Shown piece after piece: positions 8,190-18,640 of a DNA stretch of 64,000 nt. Every line of letters starts with the position of its first letter. Position 1 is the first letter of the stretch. The notes below the pieces were generated by a model. The model did no database searches. It was not told the origin of the DNA and saw only the letters and a program-made list of their open reading frames with translations. This DNA is from an uncultured virus (IMG/VR IMGVR_UViG_3300033141_001977) (Duplodnaviria; Heunggongvirae; Uroviricota; Caudoviricetes), in IMG/VR virus record IMGVR_UViG_3300033141_001977; one strand, given 5' to 3'. The position numbers and the translations under genes were made by a program.

Positions 8190-9407
8190 GTGATTGAGGA
8201 GGTGGATAGAGTGGCAAACGGCATAAAGACTATCGAGGGCATTGAGCTCTTCAAGACTGGCATACACAAGGCCGGCAATGCAGATGAGGCACAGGCCTTC
8301 AATGCAGCACGGCTCGACCGCTGGATCAAGAATACCAACCTGAAGGGGTTTGATACTGCAATCTCATGGATCGAACATCCGTCAAAGGACTTCGACAAGT
8401 ATCTCTATCACACAGATCGGAAAACGGGGCGGGTAGCGCCGTTGTTTGGCGGGTTCCGCAACTTCCGTCGTGTGGACGGCATGTTGAAGGCCGACGCGGT
8501 AGTCCGCGCAGAATGGGCCGACGCGATGGGCACAGGTAACTCGTTCAGGAAGCCATCGATAGTGGTAACCGGCGAGGAGGATGACGAGGTAATCACATCC
8601 GTTGCGATGTTGGTGCCGGAGATCAACCCGATAGTGAAGGACTTGGCCCCATTGCCAAGCACACAGATCAAGATGAGCGAGTTTGACAAGTATTTTGACC
8701 CAAAAGAGGGAGGTGAGATCAAACGGTTCACACTGACATCAGATTTTTCAGAAGATGAAACGCAACTCCAATTTAGCCAGGAGAAAACCGACATGACTGA
8801 CCTAGGAAAGGAGCTGGCGACCAAGCTGAAGGATGTAGAGAAGAAACTAGAGGCAAGTGATAAGTTGGCACTCAAGTTCTCCCAGCAGCTTACAGACGTG
8901 GACGCCAGACTTCAAATATCGAATGAGCTGAACGAAAAGCTATCGAAGCAGCTCGACGAATCTAAGGCGCGGGCGGAGCTTGCACGCTCCGCCAACATCA
9001 CGGCTACGAATCTCCAGTTTAGCGAATCGCTGAAAACCGGACGCATGGCCCCGAACTTCGTGGAGAAGATTGGTGCATTGACAGAGGCAATGAGCAGAGG
9101 CAAGACAATGCTCAAGTTCTCTGAGCAGGACGAGGAAGCGCCGGTGCTGGAGAAGGTCAAGGCCATCTTCTCGGAGATGGTGAAAGACCCGACCGGAGTA
9201 TTTATGCCTCCGGATGACACTGCTAAGCAGAAGACACCTGAGCATCCTCATGCCGCGAAGGGCAAGGACAAGGATGGCAATACCGCCAAGTTCTCTGAGA
9301 TCGCGGATGAGATCGACTCGAGGGATGCCGCGTGCCTAGACGCACTAAAGCTGTCTGATGACGATCATAAAGAGCTGGCCAATCGTATGAAAGGCGGTGA
9401 TGAGTAA
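8190..9407 (+). CDS. prohead protease/scaffold (Mu I/Z-like)
   Basis: IELFKTG N-terminus, EHP, FRKPS, coiled-coil C-half with repeated FSE; internal ATG at MTDLGKE may give a scaffold. Confidence 0.75.
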   Translation: MIEEVDRVANGIKTIEGIELFKTGIHKAGNADEAQAFNAARLDRWIKNTNLKGFDTAISWIEHPSKDFDKYLYHTDRKTGRVAPLFGGFRNFRRVDGMLKADAVVRAEWADAMGTGNSFRKPSIVVTGEEDDEVITSVAMLVPEINPIVKDLAPLPSTQIKMSEFDKYFDPKEGGEIKRFTLTSDFSEDETQLQFSQEKTDMTDLGKELATKLKDVEKKLEASDKLALKFSQQLTDVDARLQISNELNEKLSKQLDESKARAELARSANITATNLQFSESLKTGRMAPNFVEKIGALTEAMSRGKTMLKFSEQDEEAPVLEKVKAIFSEMVKDPTGVFMPPDDTAKQKTPEHPHAAKGKDKDGNTAKFSEIADEIDSRDAACLDALKLSDDDHKELANRMKGGDE

Positions 9408-9823
9408 TGGCGGACGCAACAGCAGGGCTGCAATGTTACCGGCGCAAAGGCGAGCTATATGGATTTGCGGTAGCAGCGGCTGCCCATCTCTATTATGGCA
9501 CGATTGTTAACAAGAACTCGTCTGGCTATGCCAAGAAGGGTGCGAATGTCTCTGGTGAGAAGGCGCTCGGCATCTGCGAGACAGAGCGCGACAACTCAGG
9601 CGGCGCTGATGGCGCTGGCAAGGCTGTCAACGTTTGGCTTGATGGCATTTTCAAGATTCAATGCACTGGCGTTGCCATAACTGACATTGGCTCGAAGGTG
9701 TATGTCGTTGATAACCAGACAGTTCAAACATCAGCGATGGGTTCCGGCTATGTGGAACTCGGCGAGATCGTCGGCGTTGCGGCCACGAACTACGCTGACG
9801 TCAAAATCAACTACTTCGCGTAA
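9407..9823 (+). CDS. head decoration/cement protein
   Basis: VAAAAHLYYGTIV..DIGSKVYVVDNQTV, immediately before the capsid gene. Confidence 0.7.
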   Translation: MADATAGLQCYRRKGELYGFAVAAAAHLYYGTIVNKNSSGYAKKGANVSGEKALGICETERDNSGGADGAGKAVNVWLDGIFKIQCTGVAITDIGSKVYVVDNQTVQTSAMGSGYVELGEIVGVAATNYADVKINYFA

Positions 9824-9839
9824 GGGGAGGTGATTACAG

Positions 9840-10802
9840 ATGAGTTATGCAAATTTTGGCACTGACGACACAGCTCTTACGACCGCGATGATCCAGGGGC
9901 TACAAATCCATTTTGAGACGACAGCGAAGGACATTATGAAGCAGTCCACGCTGAAGCAGGTGGCCACTGTCACTAATGTCAAGCAGTTGAACCTGCCGAT
10001 GCGTGCCCTTGAGTTCACGCCGACGATGAGACGTTGGGCCTCAGAAAGGGCCTCTCAGGTTGGTCGGACGCTTGAGAAATATGTCAAGTCGTTCAAATAT
10101 GAGATCACACCTGAGATTGAACTGGAGGCGGTGCGTCAAGAGCAATGGGATTTGGTCGCTTCGATGATGGTGGAAAGCGCGGTGGAAGCCGTGCTCTATC
10201 CTGAGTCGGAACTCTACTCTATGATTGCGGCTTCGGATAGCGTGCTCGGCATGGACGATACATATATGTGTTCCAGTAGTCATGCGAACAGCCAGAATAA
10301 CAAAGGTTCAGCAGATTTCAGTCTTGCTGAATTGAAAGCTGGCCGGCTTGCCATGCGCAAATTCACAAGGCCGAACGGACGCCCATTCTTGGTCAACCCG
10401 AATGTGTTGATCATCCATCCGGACAGTGAGGATTTGGCGAACGAGATCATCAATTCACGCCTTCTCATCGGATACGGAGGTGGCTCCAATACCACGGCGC
10501 CGCACATGAATGTTCTCTACAACTCGATTAACACGATTATCAGCAGACCAGAGCTGTCATCCGGCCAGTTCTTCTTGCTCGACAATCGTGGTGGGTTTAA
10601 GCCGTGGCTGTTCAACCAGCCTTATGGTGGCTACAAGTGGGACAAGGAAGGCAACACTGTCAGTAGGTTTGAGCGCGACGTCTACCGGTTTGGGATGATG
10701 TATCACTTCGGCATCAGCGGCACGATGTTCTGGTACAAGTGGTATGGCTCGAAAAACGGGGCATGGCCGACTTATACCGACCCGGAGACGGTTACAGGCT
10801 AA
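9840..10802 (+). CDS. major capsid protein (Mu gpT-like)
   Basis: PTMRRW, RLAMRKFTRPNGRPFLVNPNVLIIHP, FFLLD..KPWLFNQ, WYGS. Confidence 0.85.
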   Translation: MSYANFGTDDTALTTAMIQGLQIHFETTAKDIMKQSTLKQVATVTNVKQLNLPMRALEFTPTMRRWASERASQVGRTLEKYVKSFKYEITPEIELEAVRQEQWDLVASMMVESAVEAVLYPESELYSMIAASDSVLGMDDTYMCSSSHANSQNNKGSADFSLAELKAGRLAMRKFTRPNGRPFLVNPNVLIIHPDSEDLANEIINSRLLIGYGGGSNTTAPHMNVLYNSINTIISRPELSSGQFFLLDNRGGFKPWLFNQPYGGYKWDKEGNTVSRFERDVYRFGMMYHFGISGTMFWYKWYGSKNGAWPTYTDPETVTG

Positions 10803-10821
10803 TCGTTCGACACAGTGAACT

Positions 10822-10849
10822 GGTGATGGCCTGAAGATAGGCCATCACC
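10822..10849 (+). terminator. stem-loop after the capsid gene (terminator or mRNA stabiliser)
   Basis: GGTGATGGCCT-gaagat-AGGCCATCACC, perfect 11-bp stem but no U tract. Confidence 0.5.
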
Positions 10850-10873
10850 CATCTTGAGACAAAGGAGGTTGCA

Positions 10874-11839
10874 GTGTCGAGTGTTAGCACAATAACTGTG
10901 GAGTCTGTTCAAGCGTCGGACAACACCAAGACCGATACAGAGATAGCCGCCTCGCTTGAGCGACGTAGTATCCCTGGCGGTAGTCAGACCGAGGGCTATT
11001 TCCTGAAGCTGCATTCACCGGCTGCTAGCGTAGGCGACATCAGTATTGAAGATGTCTTGGTTGAGATCACGCCTTACGTTGACGCTGGGATAAATGGGAC
11101 TGTTGCAAAGACGCTCTCAGTTCAGAACAGCGGTGTTGTCTCATCGTATTACACATATCTCAGCAGTGCGACATATCTGGCGGTCAAGGTTGACGCTGCC
11201 TGCGATTATACCCCGGCGGTAGGCGATATAGTTGCCATTGCGAGTGACCACAATGGCACTAAACCGGACTACGCGAAGGTCTCGGCGGTTGACAGCACCC
11301 CGGCTGGGGTCGGAGATTATGAGCTGACGTTGGACGCAGCATTCGCGCAGGACTATGCGCGGGGCGCGCCATTGGTGTTCAACCCGGTGCCGTTGAAGGC
11401 TATTGGCTATGACCGCTGGAACGAAGGCATGAAGGTGCAGCTGTCCAAGCCGGGGCCGATAACAGCTATATGGAATGCTGGTGACCAAGAACTTGATGTA
11501 ACCGCCATCACAGACGATGTGGTGCTGCATTCAGGCTGTGTGGTGGTCTTTGTGTCCGATGCAGAATGGACACCGGAGAAGATTGCCAAGATTGACGGGT
11601 TGTTCCCCGACAAGATAGTCGCGGGTAGCAACTTCAGCTCAGATTACAGTATCGGCAGCTTCAGTACTATGAACGGTGGCGAAGCGATTGGCTCTGGCGG
11701 TGTAACAAGATACTTCTTGCCGCTTGCTGTAGCCAACCTGACAGCGGCGCAATGTGCGGTTAGCTCAGCAGGGCTGGGTATGTTCACCGCTATCTTGGGT
11801 GGGCTGCCAACGTCGAGCATCAGCGGGACGATCACATAG
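10874..11839 (+). CDS. putative virion structural protein
   Basis: 321 aa, AGGAGG RBS, beta-rich composition. Confidence 0.55.
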   Translation: MSSVSTITVESVQASDNTKTDTEIAASLERRSIPGGSQTEGYFLKLHSPAASVGDISIEDVLVEITPYVDAGINGTVAKTLSVQNSGVVSSYYTYLSSATYLAVKVDAACDYTPAVGDIVAIASDHNGTKPDYAKVSAVDSTPAGVGDYELTLDAAFAQDYARGAPLVFNPVPLKAIGYDRWNEGMKVQLSKPGPITAIWNAGDQELDVTAITDDVVLHSGCVVVFVSDAEWTPEKIAKIDGLFPDKIVAGSNFSSDYSIGSFSTMNGGEAIGSGGVTRYFLPLAVANLTAAQCAVSSAGLGMFTAILGGLPTSSISGTIT

Positions 11840-12355
11840 ATGGCCGGCTGGACAACGCCAGCAGATGTGCGGGCGGAGAACTCATTGCTGAGGCCTGAGC
11901 ACGGCTATGACGACGTGGCGGTGCAGCGCCATATAGACGCTGTTACGCGCACCATGAAGACCTTACTTAGACCTCGGTGGGCGGCATATTTGACGGCGAG
12001 CGCATGGCTGTCTGACGAGCCTGCTTCTGTGCCACCTGAGTTATGTGACATCTGCCGTGAATGGGTAGTAGGCAAATGCCTGCTCGGCGCATACGGCCAT
12101 ATTGACCAATATGCGTTGCAGGCTTATGACATTATGACAATAGCACGACGGCGTATTGTGGGCGCGAACATAGGCAAGAATACCGAAGAGCTTGGCCTGA
12201 ACCAATCGTTGTCTATCATGGGCGCGGATGGGGTGCTCTGCTCCGGAACATCAGACCTGATCCAAACGTCGGCCTACGAGCCCGGTGGCGCGGATGATGA
12301 CTATCACGACATCGGTGGCGATGACCTTAATAATGCAATGGGGATTGATTACTAG
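11840..12355 (+). CDS. head-tail adaptor (Mu gp36-like)
   Basis: GWTTPADVR..VPPELCDICREW pattern and position. Confidence 0.6.
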   Translation: MAGWTTPADVRAENSLLRPEHGYDDVAVQRHIDAVTRTMKTLLRPRWAAYLTASAWLSDEPASVPPELCDICREWVVGKCLLGAYGHIDQYALQAYDIMTIARRRIVGANIGKNTEELGLNQSLSIMGADGVLCSGTSDLIQTSAYEPGGADDDYHDIGGDDLNNAMGIDY

Positions 12356-12357
12356 CC

Positions 12358-13173
12358 ATGTTTTCTGTTAGCGACCCAGTTATGTCGTCCGATGGTATGA
12401 TGGGCGACCCGGTGGTTGCCACGTTGAAGGTGCTCGATAACGCCGATGATTATATCAATCGCCCTGTTGCGCAGGATATGGTCGAATACGCCAAGAACAA
12501 CATTGAAACGGGTAGCTTCCCGAGCTCATTCGATTCGTCAGGCCGGAACGTGATGTATATGCCGCTGGCGGAAAAGACGCTACGGGACAAGCTAGCGATG
12601 GGTGCTCCTTACATGAAGCCCAACAAACGCTGGGGCACGCTCATAAACAGTATCCATGTGGTGTCTGTGAGTAATGGTGAGATAACGATTATCGCCGACG
12701 CCACACATGGACGGGAGCGGGCGAAAGCGATGTCGGCCTTAGCCGGGCGAGTTGGTGCCACAAAGTATGACCTGCTTAAGCTTAGCCGGTTTGTTCCGGG
12801 CACGGGCATGCGCCACATCTCGCGCGGATGGGACATTACGTTTGGCCCTAAACGACGGTTCACCGCATCTGACGAGGCTAGCCAACTACGCAAGATGAGA
12901 AGCGCGACCAAGCGGCCTGGGTTAGCAAAGATCGAGAGAGAGTTCTATGCCAAAGAGGACACGTTGAGCATAGCGCGCGAACAGAGGGCGGTCTGCTCCG
13001 GCAGAGGCTATCAACGCAGCTATGCCGGCGCTGTTGACGCTACGCGCCCGTTCTTGCGGTGGACAAAAGCCTTCATTGCAGGCCGTGTCCAGTATCATCT
13101 GAACCAAGCACTGGGGCAGTTTGGCGGGGATACAGCACGTTACGCCGAGACAATCGGTGTGGAGGTCAAATAA
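12358..13173 (+). CDS. virion morphogenesis/neck protein
   Basis: PLAEKTL..GTLINSI..RPFL motifs with a long basic insertion. Confidence 0.6.
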   Translation: MFSVSDPVMSSDGMMGDPVVATLKVLDNADDYINRPVAQDMVEYAKNNIETGSFPSSFDSSGRNVMYMPLAEKTLRDKLAMGAPYMKPNKRWGTLINSIHVVSVSNGEITIIADATHGRERAKAMSALAGRVGATKYDLLKLSRFVPGTGMRHISRGWDITFGPKRRFTASDEASQLRKMRSATKRPGLAKIEREFYAKEDTLSIAREQRAVCSGRGYQRSYAGAVDATRPFLRWTKAFIAGRVQYHLNQALGQFGGDTARYAETIGVEVK

Positions 13174-13174
13174 G

Positions 13175-14182
13175 ATGACAACAGCTCTTTACGCCATTTG
13201 GGACGCGATGAGGGCGTGCTTGCAGAAGGATGCTGTGCTGAACGAGCCGGGTTACGGCTCGCTCAAGGTCTATATGTCCGTCCCCGACCCGCCGACAGAC
13301 CAGCATTGCACCGAGGTATGGATTGAGCATCTTAGCTCACCGCCAGTTGACGCTACGCATGTGCAGCACAACTTCAAGATTGTTGTTGGCTACAAATCGT
13401 TGGCGCAACCACATGACTTTGGTGGCGACGGCAAACACCCGCTTGAACGACTATGTGATATTCAGATTGCCATCCGCGATGCCATACAGGATAACACGCT
13501 CGGCGCGACCGTCTCTGGTGGGTGCGTGGTCTCCAGCCAGTCCGGGATCGGTGTGGCCGAAGACCCGCGATATTATACTGCCGATTCGATGATCCGCTGT
13601 CTTGAGCTGTTGAACCCTGATGTGAACGGCCCGGAAATAACCCGGCAATGGCGGCTCTACTACGGGACGCGGGCATACAGCACGGGAGCCTATACCGACG
13701 TAACCGACTGGAAGCTGCTGAGCAAGGACGTGGCCTTCAAGCATCTGCCGACGCTGCCGGGCCGGTCAAAGCTGCAAACAGGGTTTAGGAATGAGACCCG
13801 CTGGCCTGAGAGGGAGAGCTATACAGCAGAAGAGCGGCATATCCTCACCCGTGTTACCAAGAGTGATAACGAGACGTGGGGCATGTATCTCGGCCAGACG
13901 ATAGCTGAGAACGCTGACATGCCGTTAATGCACCACGGGACGGGCTTTATAGGCATCCCGAAGAAGGCGCTGCTGTTGGTCAACTTGCTGTCCGACGGCA
14001 CTTATCTAGTGTTTTATGCTCCGAAGGTGAACATTGTGCCGATGGCGGATATAGGCACCACAGCACCTTACATGACGCTGAGAGGTAATATGCTCGGTGA
14101 TGCTGAGAACCTGGAACCGACCGACCCGAACATCATCGGACATGGGAAGCGATATACATCATTGAGTGTTGATTGGGATTGA
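13175..14182 (+). CDS. tail protein (possible tail-terminator plus tube-like fusion)
   Basis: Start MTTALY after GGAGG; N-half ..IRDAIQDNTLGATV.., C-half ..LVFYAPKV. Confidence 0.45.
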   Translation: MTTALYAIWDAMRACLQKDAVLNEPGYGSLKVYMSVPDPPTDQHCTEVWIEHLSSPPVDATHVQHNFKIVVGYKSLAQPHDFGGDGKHPLERLCDIQIAIRDAIQDNTLGATVSGGCVVSSQSGIGVAEDPRYYTADSMIRCLELLNPDVNGPEITRQWRLYYGTRAYSTGAYTDVTDWKLLSKDVAFKHLPTLPGRSKLQTGFRNETRWPERESYTAEERHILTRVTKSDNETWGMYLGQTIAENADMPLMHHGTGFIGIPKKALLLVNLLSDGTYLVFYAPKVNIVPMADIGTTAPYMTLRGNMLGDAENLEPTDPNIIGHGKRYTSLSVDWD

Positions 14183-14203
14183 GGTTTTAGGAGGTAACGG
14201 ATA

Positions 14204-15145
14204 ATGGCTGAACTACCATGGGAACACACGACAACAGGGCTTGCGCTGAATGTCCAGATGGACAGGTCTGGAGAGGACATCCCGAAGGACTATGCTGGCG
14301 GAATCAATGACCATGCCAGGTCGTTAGGCCGGAACTATTCAGGTGGTATGACCCATGCACACGATACAGGTATTGACGAGACAGACCCTGACGCGCTTGG
14401 GCTGAACATCGTGAGGATTACCGAAACAATAGCGGAGGTGCCATGGCCGGGTAGCCCGATGCAGGTCTCTAACGCAGGCTCGGGCGCGGCGGTGGAGCTT
14501 AACCCTGAGCTGCCGTTCACCAAGTTCTTACAGCCGGCCATCAAGGGCACACAGGACAGTCTGGTCATCATAGCGAGCAACGCGCCGTTGACAGTGGCTA
14601 GTGACGCCGGCATCGACGAGTCGTTCCGCAAGACCAACCTGAAGAAGGGGGTGTTGTTGGGGGGGGTGGACACCATCTATAACTTCCATTGCAAGAGCCA
14701 ACTGCTCGCAGCCTCACAGTTCACGATCATACTCGCTGGTGCTGCGGCTTATGCTCCGGGTGTCTATAAGCTGAAGAGTATCCGGCATGAGTATGACCCG
14801 GCTAACCCAGACAATGTGGAATACACGTTGGACCGGTTCACAGCCAATACCGAGGCTGGCCCAGTGGGGCACGTAGCCCACATGATCGACATCTTACAGG
14901 CCTCGCATGTACCGCCGGTTGAGGACGTATCATCGGGCTTGCCGGCTAAGGCCGACCTGATCATCGGCACAACGGCTGATTGGACAACGGCAGCTGGCGA
15001 GAGCGAGATCGGCAGCGCGGCAGCGTTGACCGCTGACTCAGCATACTTGGTAACGAGGACGCGGACGTTGAGCATCGACGGCCCAGCGGAGGAGAGCTAT
15101 TCACTGATAGTCTGGCCGACCGGCGATTGTGTTGATCCAACCTAA
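14204..15145 (+). CDS. putative tail structural protein
   Basis: 313 aa, AGGAGG RBS, position. Confidence 0.5.
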   Translation: MAELPWEHTTTGLALNVQMDRSGEDIPKDYAGGINDHARSLGRNYSGGMTHAHDTGIDETDPDALGLNIVRITETIAEVPWPGSPMQVSNAGSGAAVELNPELPFTKFLQPAIKGTQDSLVIIASNAPLTVASDAGIDESFRKTNLKKGVLLGGVDTIYNFHCKSQLLAASQFTIILAGAAAYAPGVYKLKSIRHEYDPANPDNVEYTLDRFTANTEAGPVGHVAHMIDILQASHVPPVEDVSSGLPAKADLIIGTTADWTTAAGESEIGSAAALTADSAYLVTRTRTLSIDGPAEESYSLIVWPTGDCVDPT

Positions 15146-15163
15146 CATGAGCAAGAGGGAAGC

Positions 15164-16948
15164 GTGGTACAATCTATTGAGGTTGGTCGATTAGCGGCAG
15201 ACGGAGAATCACTTTCAAAGGCTGGTATCATCCAGCTGTCAGGTATCTTCAGGGAATGCACAAAGGCCGGCGGGGTGGCAGACCATGAGACGGCTGCGTC
15301 TGCATTAGGTATCCACCCAGAGACTGCATGGCGAGCGTTTGAGTATTGGCGCTGTCAGGCTGATGCTAAACATTTCGTCACCCACTATTGCATGGTGCTA
15401 TCCCCTCAGGACGAGGGCGGCATGGTGCACGCCCAGAAGTTTGTGCCGGTGCAGCAACAGCTGGAATACATCGATGCGCTGAACGCTGGACGCCTGCTGC
15501 CAGCTGTCTATGACCCCGATAAGTCGGCTGCCCGCCGTATCCACTTCACCAAGAAAGCCCGGAAAGAGGGCTGGACAACCACTACTGGCCTGTATTTTCT
15601 TCATGCGATGTTGTTCCGTCAGTATGAGGACATCTCGCTGATCTCACTTGACCATTACGGTTCCAAGACATGGCTCTCGGATATGATGAGCACATACGAT
15701 AACCTACCTGATTGGTTGAAGCGCCGATACATCAAGAGGACCGAAGAGGTCATCATCTTCGATAACAATAGTCGTGTCAAGGCATGGCCGGCAGTCCAAA
15801 AGGCAGGTCGCTCACGGTCAACGACTGGCATCGGTATCGACGAGGGCGCAACAATACAGAAAGATGGCAAATGGGTTGGTCTATGGGCGGCCGCGCAGGG
15901 CGCAGGCTCACTTGGCATCATAACAACGGGCAGCACCTGTGATTGTCCCGGTGATAGCGCTTACGCCCGTCAGGTTGACAGCTCTAGCGGTGGGCACAAA
16001 CGTTGGATGTATCACGAATGGCCGTGGCATACATTGCCCTGGCATACCCCGGAATGGTTGCAGCAGCAGCGTGAGGAATGCGGGAACGAAGCGCAGTTTC
16101 AGACAGAATATATGATGCGCTGGATGGGCACTGGCGCGCCAATCATGCCGATTGAGATCATCCAAGCGCGGATAGATACGCTCATGGAGACCGAGCCTGA
16201 GTACGATATTACGTTCGCCAACGCATTTATCCCATCGATTAACCCTAGCGGCTCTAACTCTAGCATAGCTGGCAAGCATATAGTCAAAATGTGGCGGCCA
16301 CCTCGGCCGGGCACACAGTATGTCCTTGCGGTTGATACATCGTTCGGCTCGGAAGGCAAAGACCGCTCGGCGATGGTGTTGCTCGACCAAGAGACACGTG
16401 AGGTGCCCCTGACCTATCACTCGTCGCGCAACGACCTACGACTGGTCGTAACGCACGCATACAAAATCTCTGATATTTACGGTGGATGCCCAATCTGCAT
16501 GGAGCGTAACGGGCTTGGTATCGCGGCGTTGCAATATGCTGAACAGTTTGGGCTTGGCCGGCTATGGAAGCAGGATATTGCTGTGCAGGGTATCACGCCG
16601 TTCCCGTCGTTCGACAATGCGCATAAGCAGCAGGAGCTCCAGCCGCAGGATTATGGGTTATGGATCACCAACGATCGGAAGCTGGAGGCATATCAAAAGA
16701 TATATGACCTACTCATCCGGGACATGCTGGTGATCTACGACCCGGCAATACTGCACGAGCTGACGAATATCACTATGGACCGGAACAAGCGTGTCCATGC
16801 TGGCAGCGGCCATGACGACCTTGCGGACGCGCTGGCAATCGCCGTCTTTATCTCCAACCTTGAGTATGCGGCCAAGATAGATATGGCACAGCAGGTCTAT
16901 ACCGAAACGAGCCAAGTAGAACGTGCAATGGCGGATTGGGTAGCATAA
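15164..16948 (+). CDS. terL: terminase large subunit
   Basis: Walker A-like KKARKEGWTT, GRSRS, Walker B IGIDEGA, nuclease motifs VDTSFG..D, MERNG, HDDLADALA. Confidence 0.9.
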   Translation: MVQSIEVGRLAADGESLSKAGIIQLSGIFRECTKAGGVADHETAASALGIHPETAWRAFEYWRCQADAKHFVTHYCMVLSPQDEGGMVHAQKFVPVQQQLEYIDALNAGRLLPAVYDPDKSAARRIHFTKKARKEGWTTTTGLYFLHAMLFRQYEDISLISLDHYGSKTWLSDMMSTYDNLPDWLKRRYIKRTEEVIIFDNNSRVKAWPAVQKAGRSRSTTGIGIDEGATIQKDGKWVGLWAAAQGAGSLGIITTGSTCDCPGDSAYARQVDSSSGGHKRWMYHEWPWHTLPWHTPEWLQQQREECGNEAQFQTEYMMRWMGTGAPIMPIEIIQARIDTLMETEPEYDITFANAFIPSINPSGSNSSIAGKHIVKMWRPPRPGTQYVLAVDTSFGSEGKDRSAMVLLDQETREVPLTYHSSRNDLRLVVTHAYKISDIYGGCPICMERNGLGIAALQYAEQFGLGRLWKQDIAVQGITPFPSFDNAHKQQELQPQDYGLWITNDRKLEAYQKIYDLLIRDMLVIYDPAILHELTNITMDRNKRVHAGSGHDDLADALAIAVFISNLEYAAKIDMAQQVYTETSQVERAMADWVA

Positions 16949-17337
16949 TGGCGGTAACAAGCAGACATCGATATGCAATATGGCCCCGACCTGTTGACGA
17001 TCTCTCCGGGCCGAGGCGTGGCGCGGACGGCAAGGCCACCTACGAGGTGCTTGGCCGCAAGTATTTCCTGGTGATCATACTGAAGGAGATGGTCGATGCG
17101 TCTATCGACGAGGAAGAGGCGCTGTATCTGACGAGCCGTGCTGCTGGGCTAATCGAGGATGGCCGATGTAAGGCATTGCCAGTATCAGCAGACGAGTCAG
17201 AGTGGCCGTGCCCCTACGCGGGCTGCCCTGCGCTGAGCGAGTTCTTGATGGTCGGCTCAAAGACGTTCCCGTCGTTTCAAGACGATGTTCGATATGTAGT
17301 ATCACACTTCTATTTTGAGGCCTATGTAAAGGCCTAA
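16936..17337 (+). CDS. hypothetical protein
   Basis: 133-aa ORF in operon. Confidence 0.55.
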   Translation: MGSIMAVTSRHRYAIWPRPVDDLSGPRRGADGKATYEVLGRKYFLVIILKEMVDASIDEEEALYLTSRAAGLIEDGRCKALPVSADESEWPCPYAGCPALSEFLMVGSKTFPSFQDDVRYVVSHFYFEAYVKA

Positions 17338-17362
17338 TACATACACAAAAGGGAGAAACAGC

Positions 17363-18028
17363 ATGAGTAACGACTTGGAGATCATCCATTTCGATGACCT
17401 GACAGATGAGCAACGTAACGAGTTTGCCGGGCATATCCCGGACGTAGCGTTGCTGAAGAAGAAGGTCTTGTTCGGTATCGGCAAAATTGGCATACCCGTT
17501 GTGGAGGTAGAGATACCCAACATGGCGGCGGCCACATTCCGGAAAGAGATGGGGCTTAACCGGATACAGGGGATGGAATGGCTTGCTATCCACCAGAATG
17601 ATGAGGCAACCGCCGCCTTCTTATGGGCGATTATCACGGCCAAGTATCCGGACAAGGACACCCGCCCGTTCAAGAGCCAACAGTCTGTCTTGCAGGCCAT
17701 GACACCCGGCCAGTGCAAGACCAACTATGCTACCGCGTGTCGCATCGCTTACTTCCCGACGGAGGACATGCCGGAGGAAGGGCGGGATTTTTTCTTGATC
17801 TTCGCGCTCGGCGGAGGGTTGTCCCCGCTGGTCGAGACGGTGCAGATGCTGAAGTCGATGCCGGCGCTGTTCTATCAACTGTCACAGAACAGCCAGAACA
17901 TCGACAAGATAGCCGAGCGGGTGGGCGTGAAGATCGACACACCGGGCGACGAGCCAAGTGGTCAACCCACAAAAACATCAAGTCCCTCCAGCTCTGGGCC
18001 TACGCAACCCACAGAGGCATCAGAATAA
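17363..18028 (+). CDS. tail assembly chaperone (G-like)
   Basis: Two ORFs upstream of tape measure, low-complexity C-terminus, overlapped by a -1 frame ORF. Confidence 0.55.
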   Translation: MSNDLEIIHFDDLTDEQRNEFAGHIPDVALLKKKVLFGIGKIGIPVVEVEIPNMAAATFRKEMGLNRIQGMEWLAIHQNDEATAAFLWAIITAKYPDKDTRPFKSQQSVLQAMTPGQCKTNYATACRIAYFPTEDMPEEGRDFFLIFALGGGLSPLVETVQMLKSMPALFYQLSQNSQNIDKIAERVGVKIDTPGDEPSGQPTKTSSPSSSGPTQPTEASE

Positions 18029-18639
18029 AGGACGCGATCAATGAGATGGAGCCTTACGAGACGATGGTCATGGCACAAGCGCTGACAGCCGCTATCGATA
18101 TTGGCAAGCATGTCATAGCAGAGGCCATCGGACTAGCGTTCTTCGGTGACCCAGAGGCCGATAGCCGCAAGCCTGATAGACCAGACGTAGGCAAGCCTCG
18201 TAAGCCGCCTAAGCCCAATAAGGATTATGCCGGGCCGCTTGTGTTCCCCGACGAGATACCGCTGGTAACGTTTGGCGAGCGCCATGCAGCGGCTAACGAC
18301 AGGCTGGTAGCCCGGTTGCGGCGACTGCTGTCGGAACACGGCGAGCCAACCTACGAGTCGATCTCCGACAAGGATTGGAAAGGTATCCAATGGGCGGATT
18401 TGATCCATCTCTGGACACCACACCGGCAGGAGCTGTCCCGTGATTCGGGCCGGCTTTATCGTGCAGTAGCGTCACTGTCAACTATATGGAGCTACTACAT
18501 GGCGAACCCTGAGGCCGACAGGAAGCAGCTGGTGAAGGTCTATATGCAGCGGAAGCTCAAGGCGGACGACATTACCGAGGCCGGTTTCTACCTGTTGCTT
18601 GACCATGTGCTTGACTACGTGAAAGGGTCTGCGATTTAG
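17970..18639 (+). CDS. tail assembly chaperone extension (GT-like, -1 frame); 5' limit uncertain
   Basis: ORF 17623..18639 is in the -1 frame of 17363..18028 and ends 2 nt before tape measure. Confidence 0.5.
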
Positions 18640-18640
18640 G

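Noticed and set aside
6822..12355. Transposable Mu-like phage
   Set aside because: Only head genes are Mu-like; no transposase is seen and replication genes are initiator plus DnaB.
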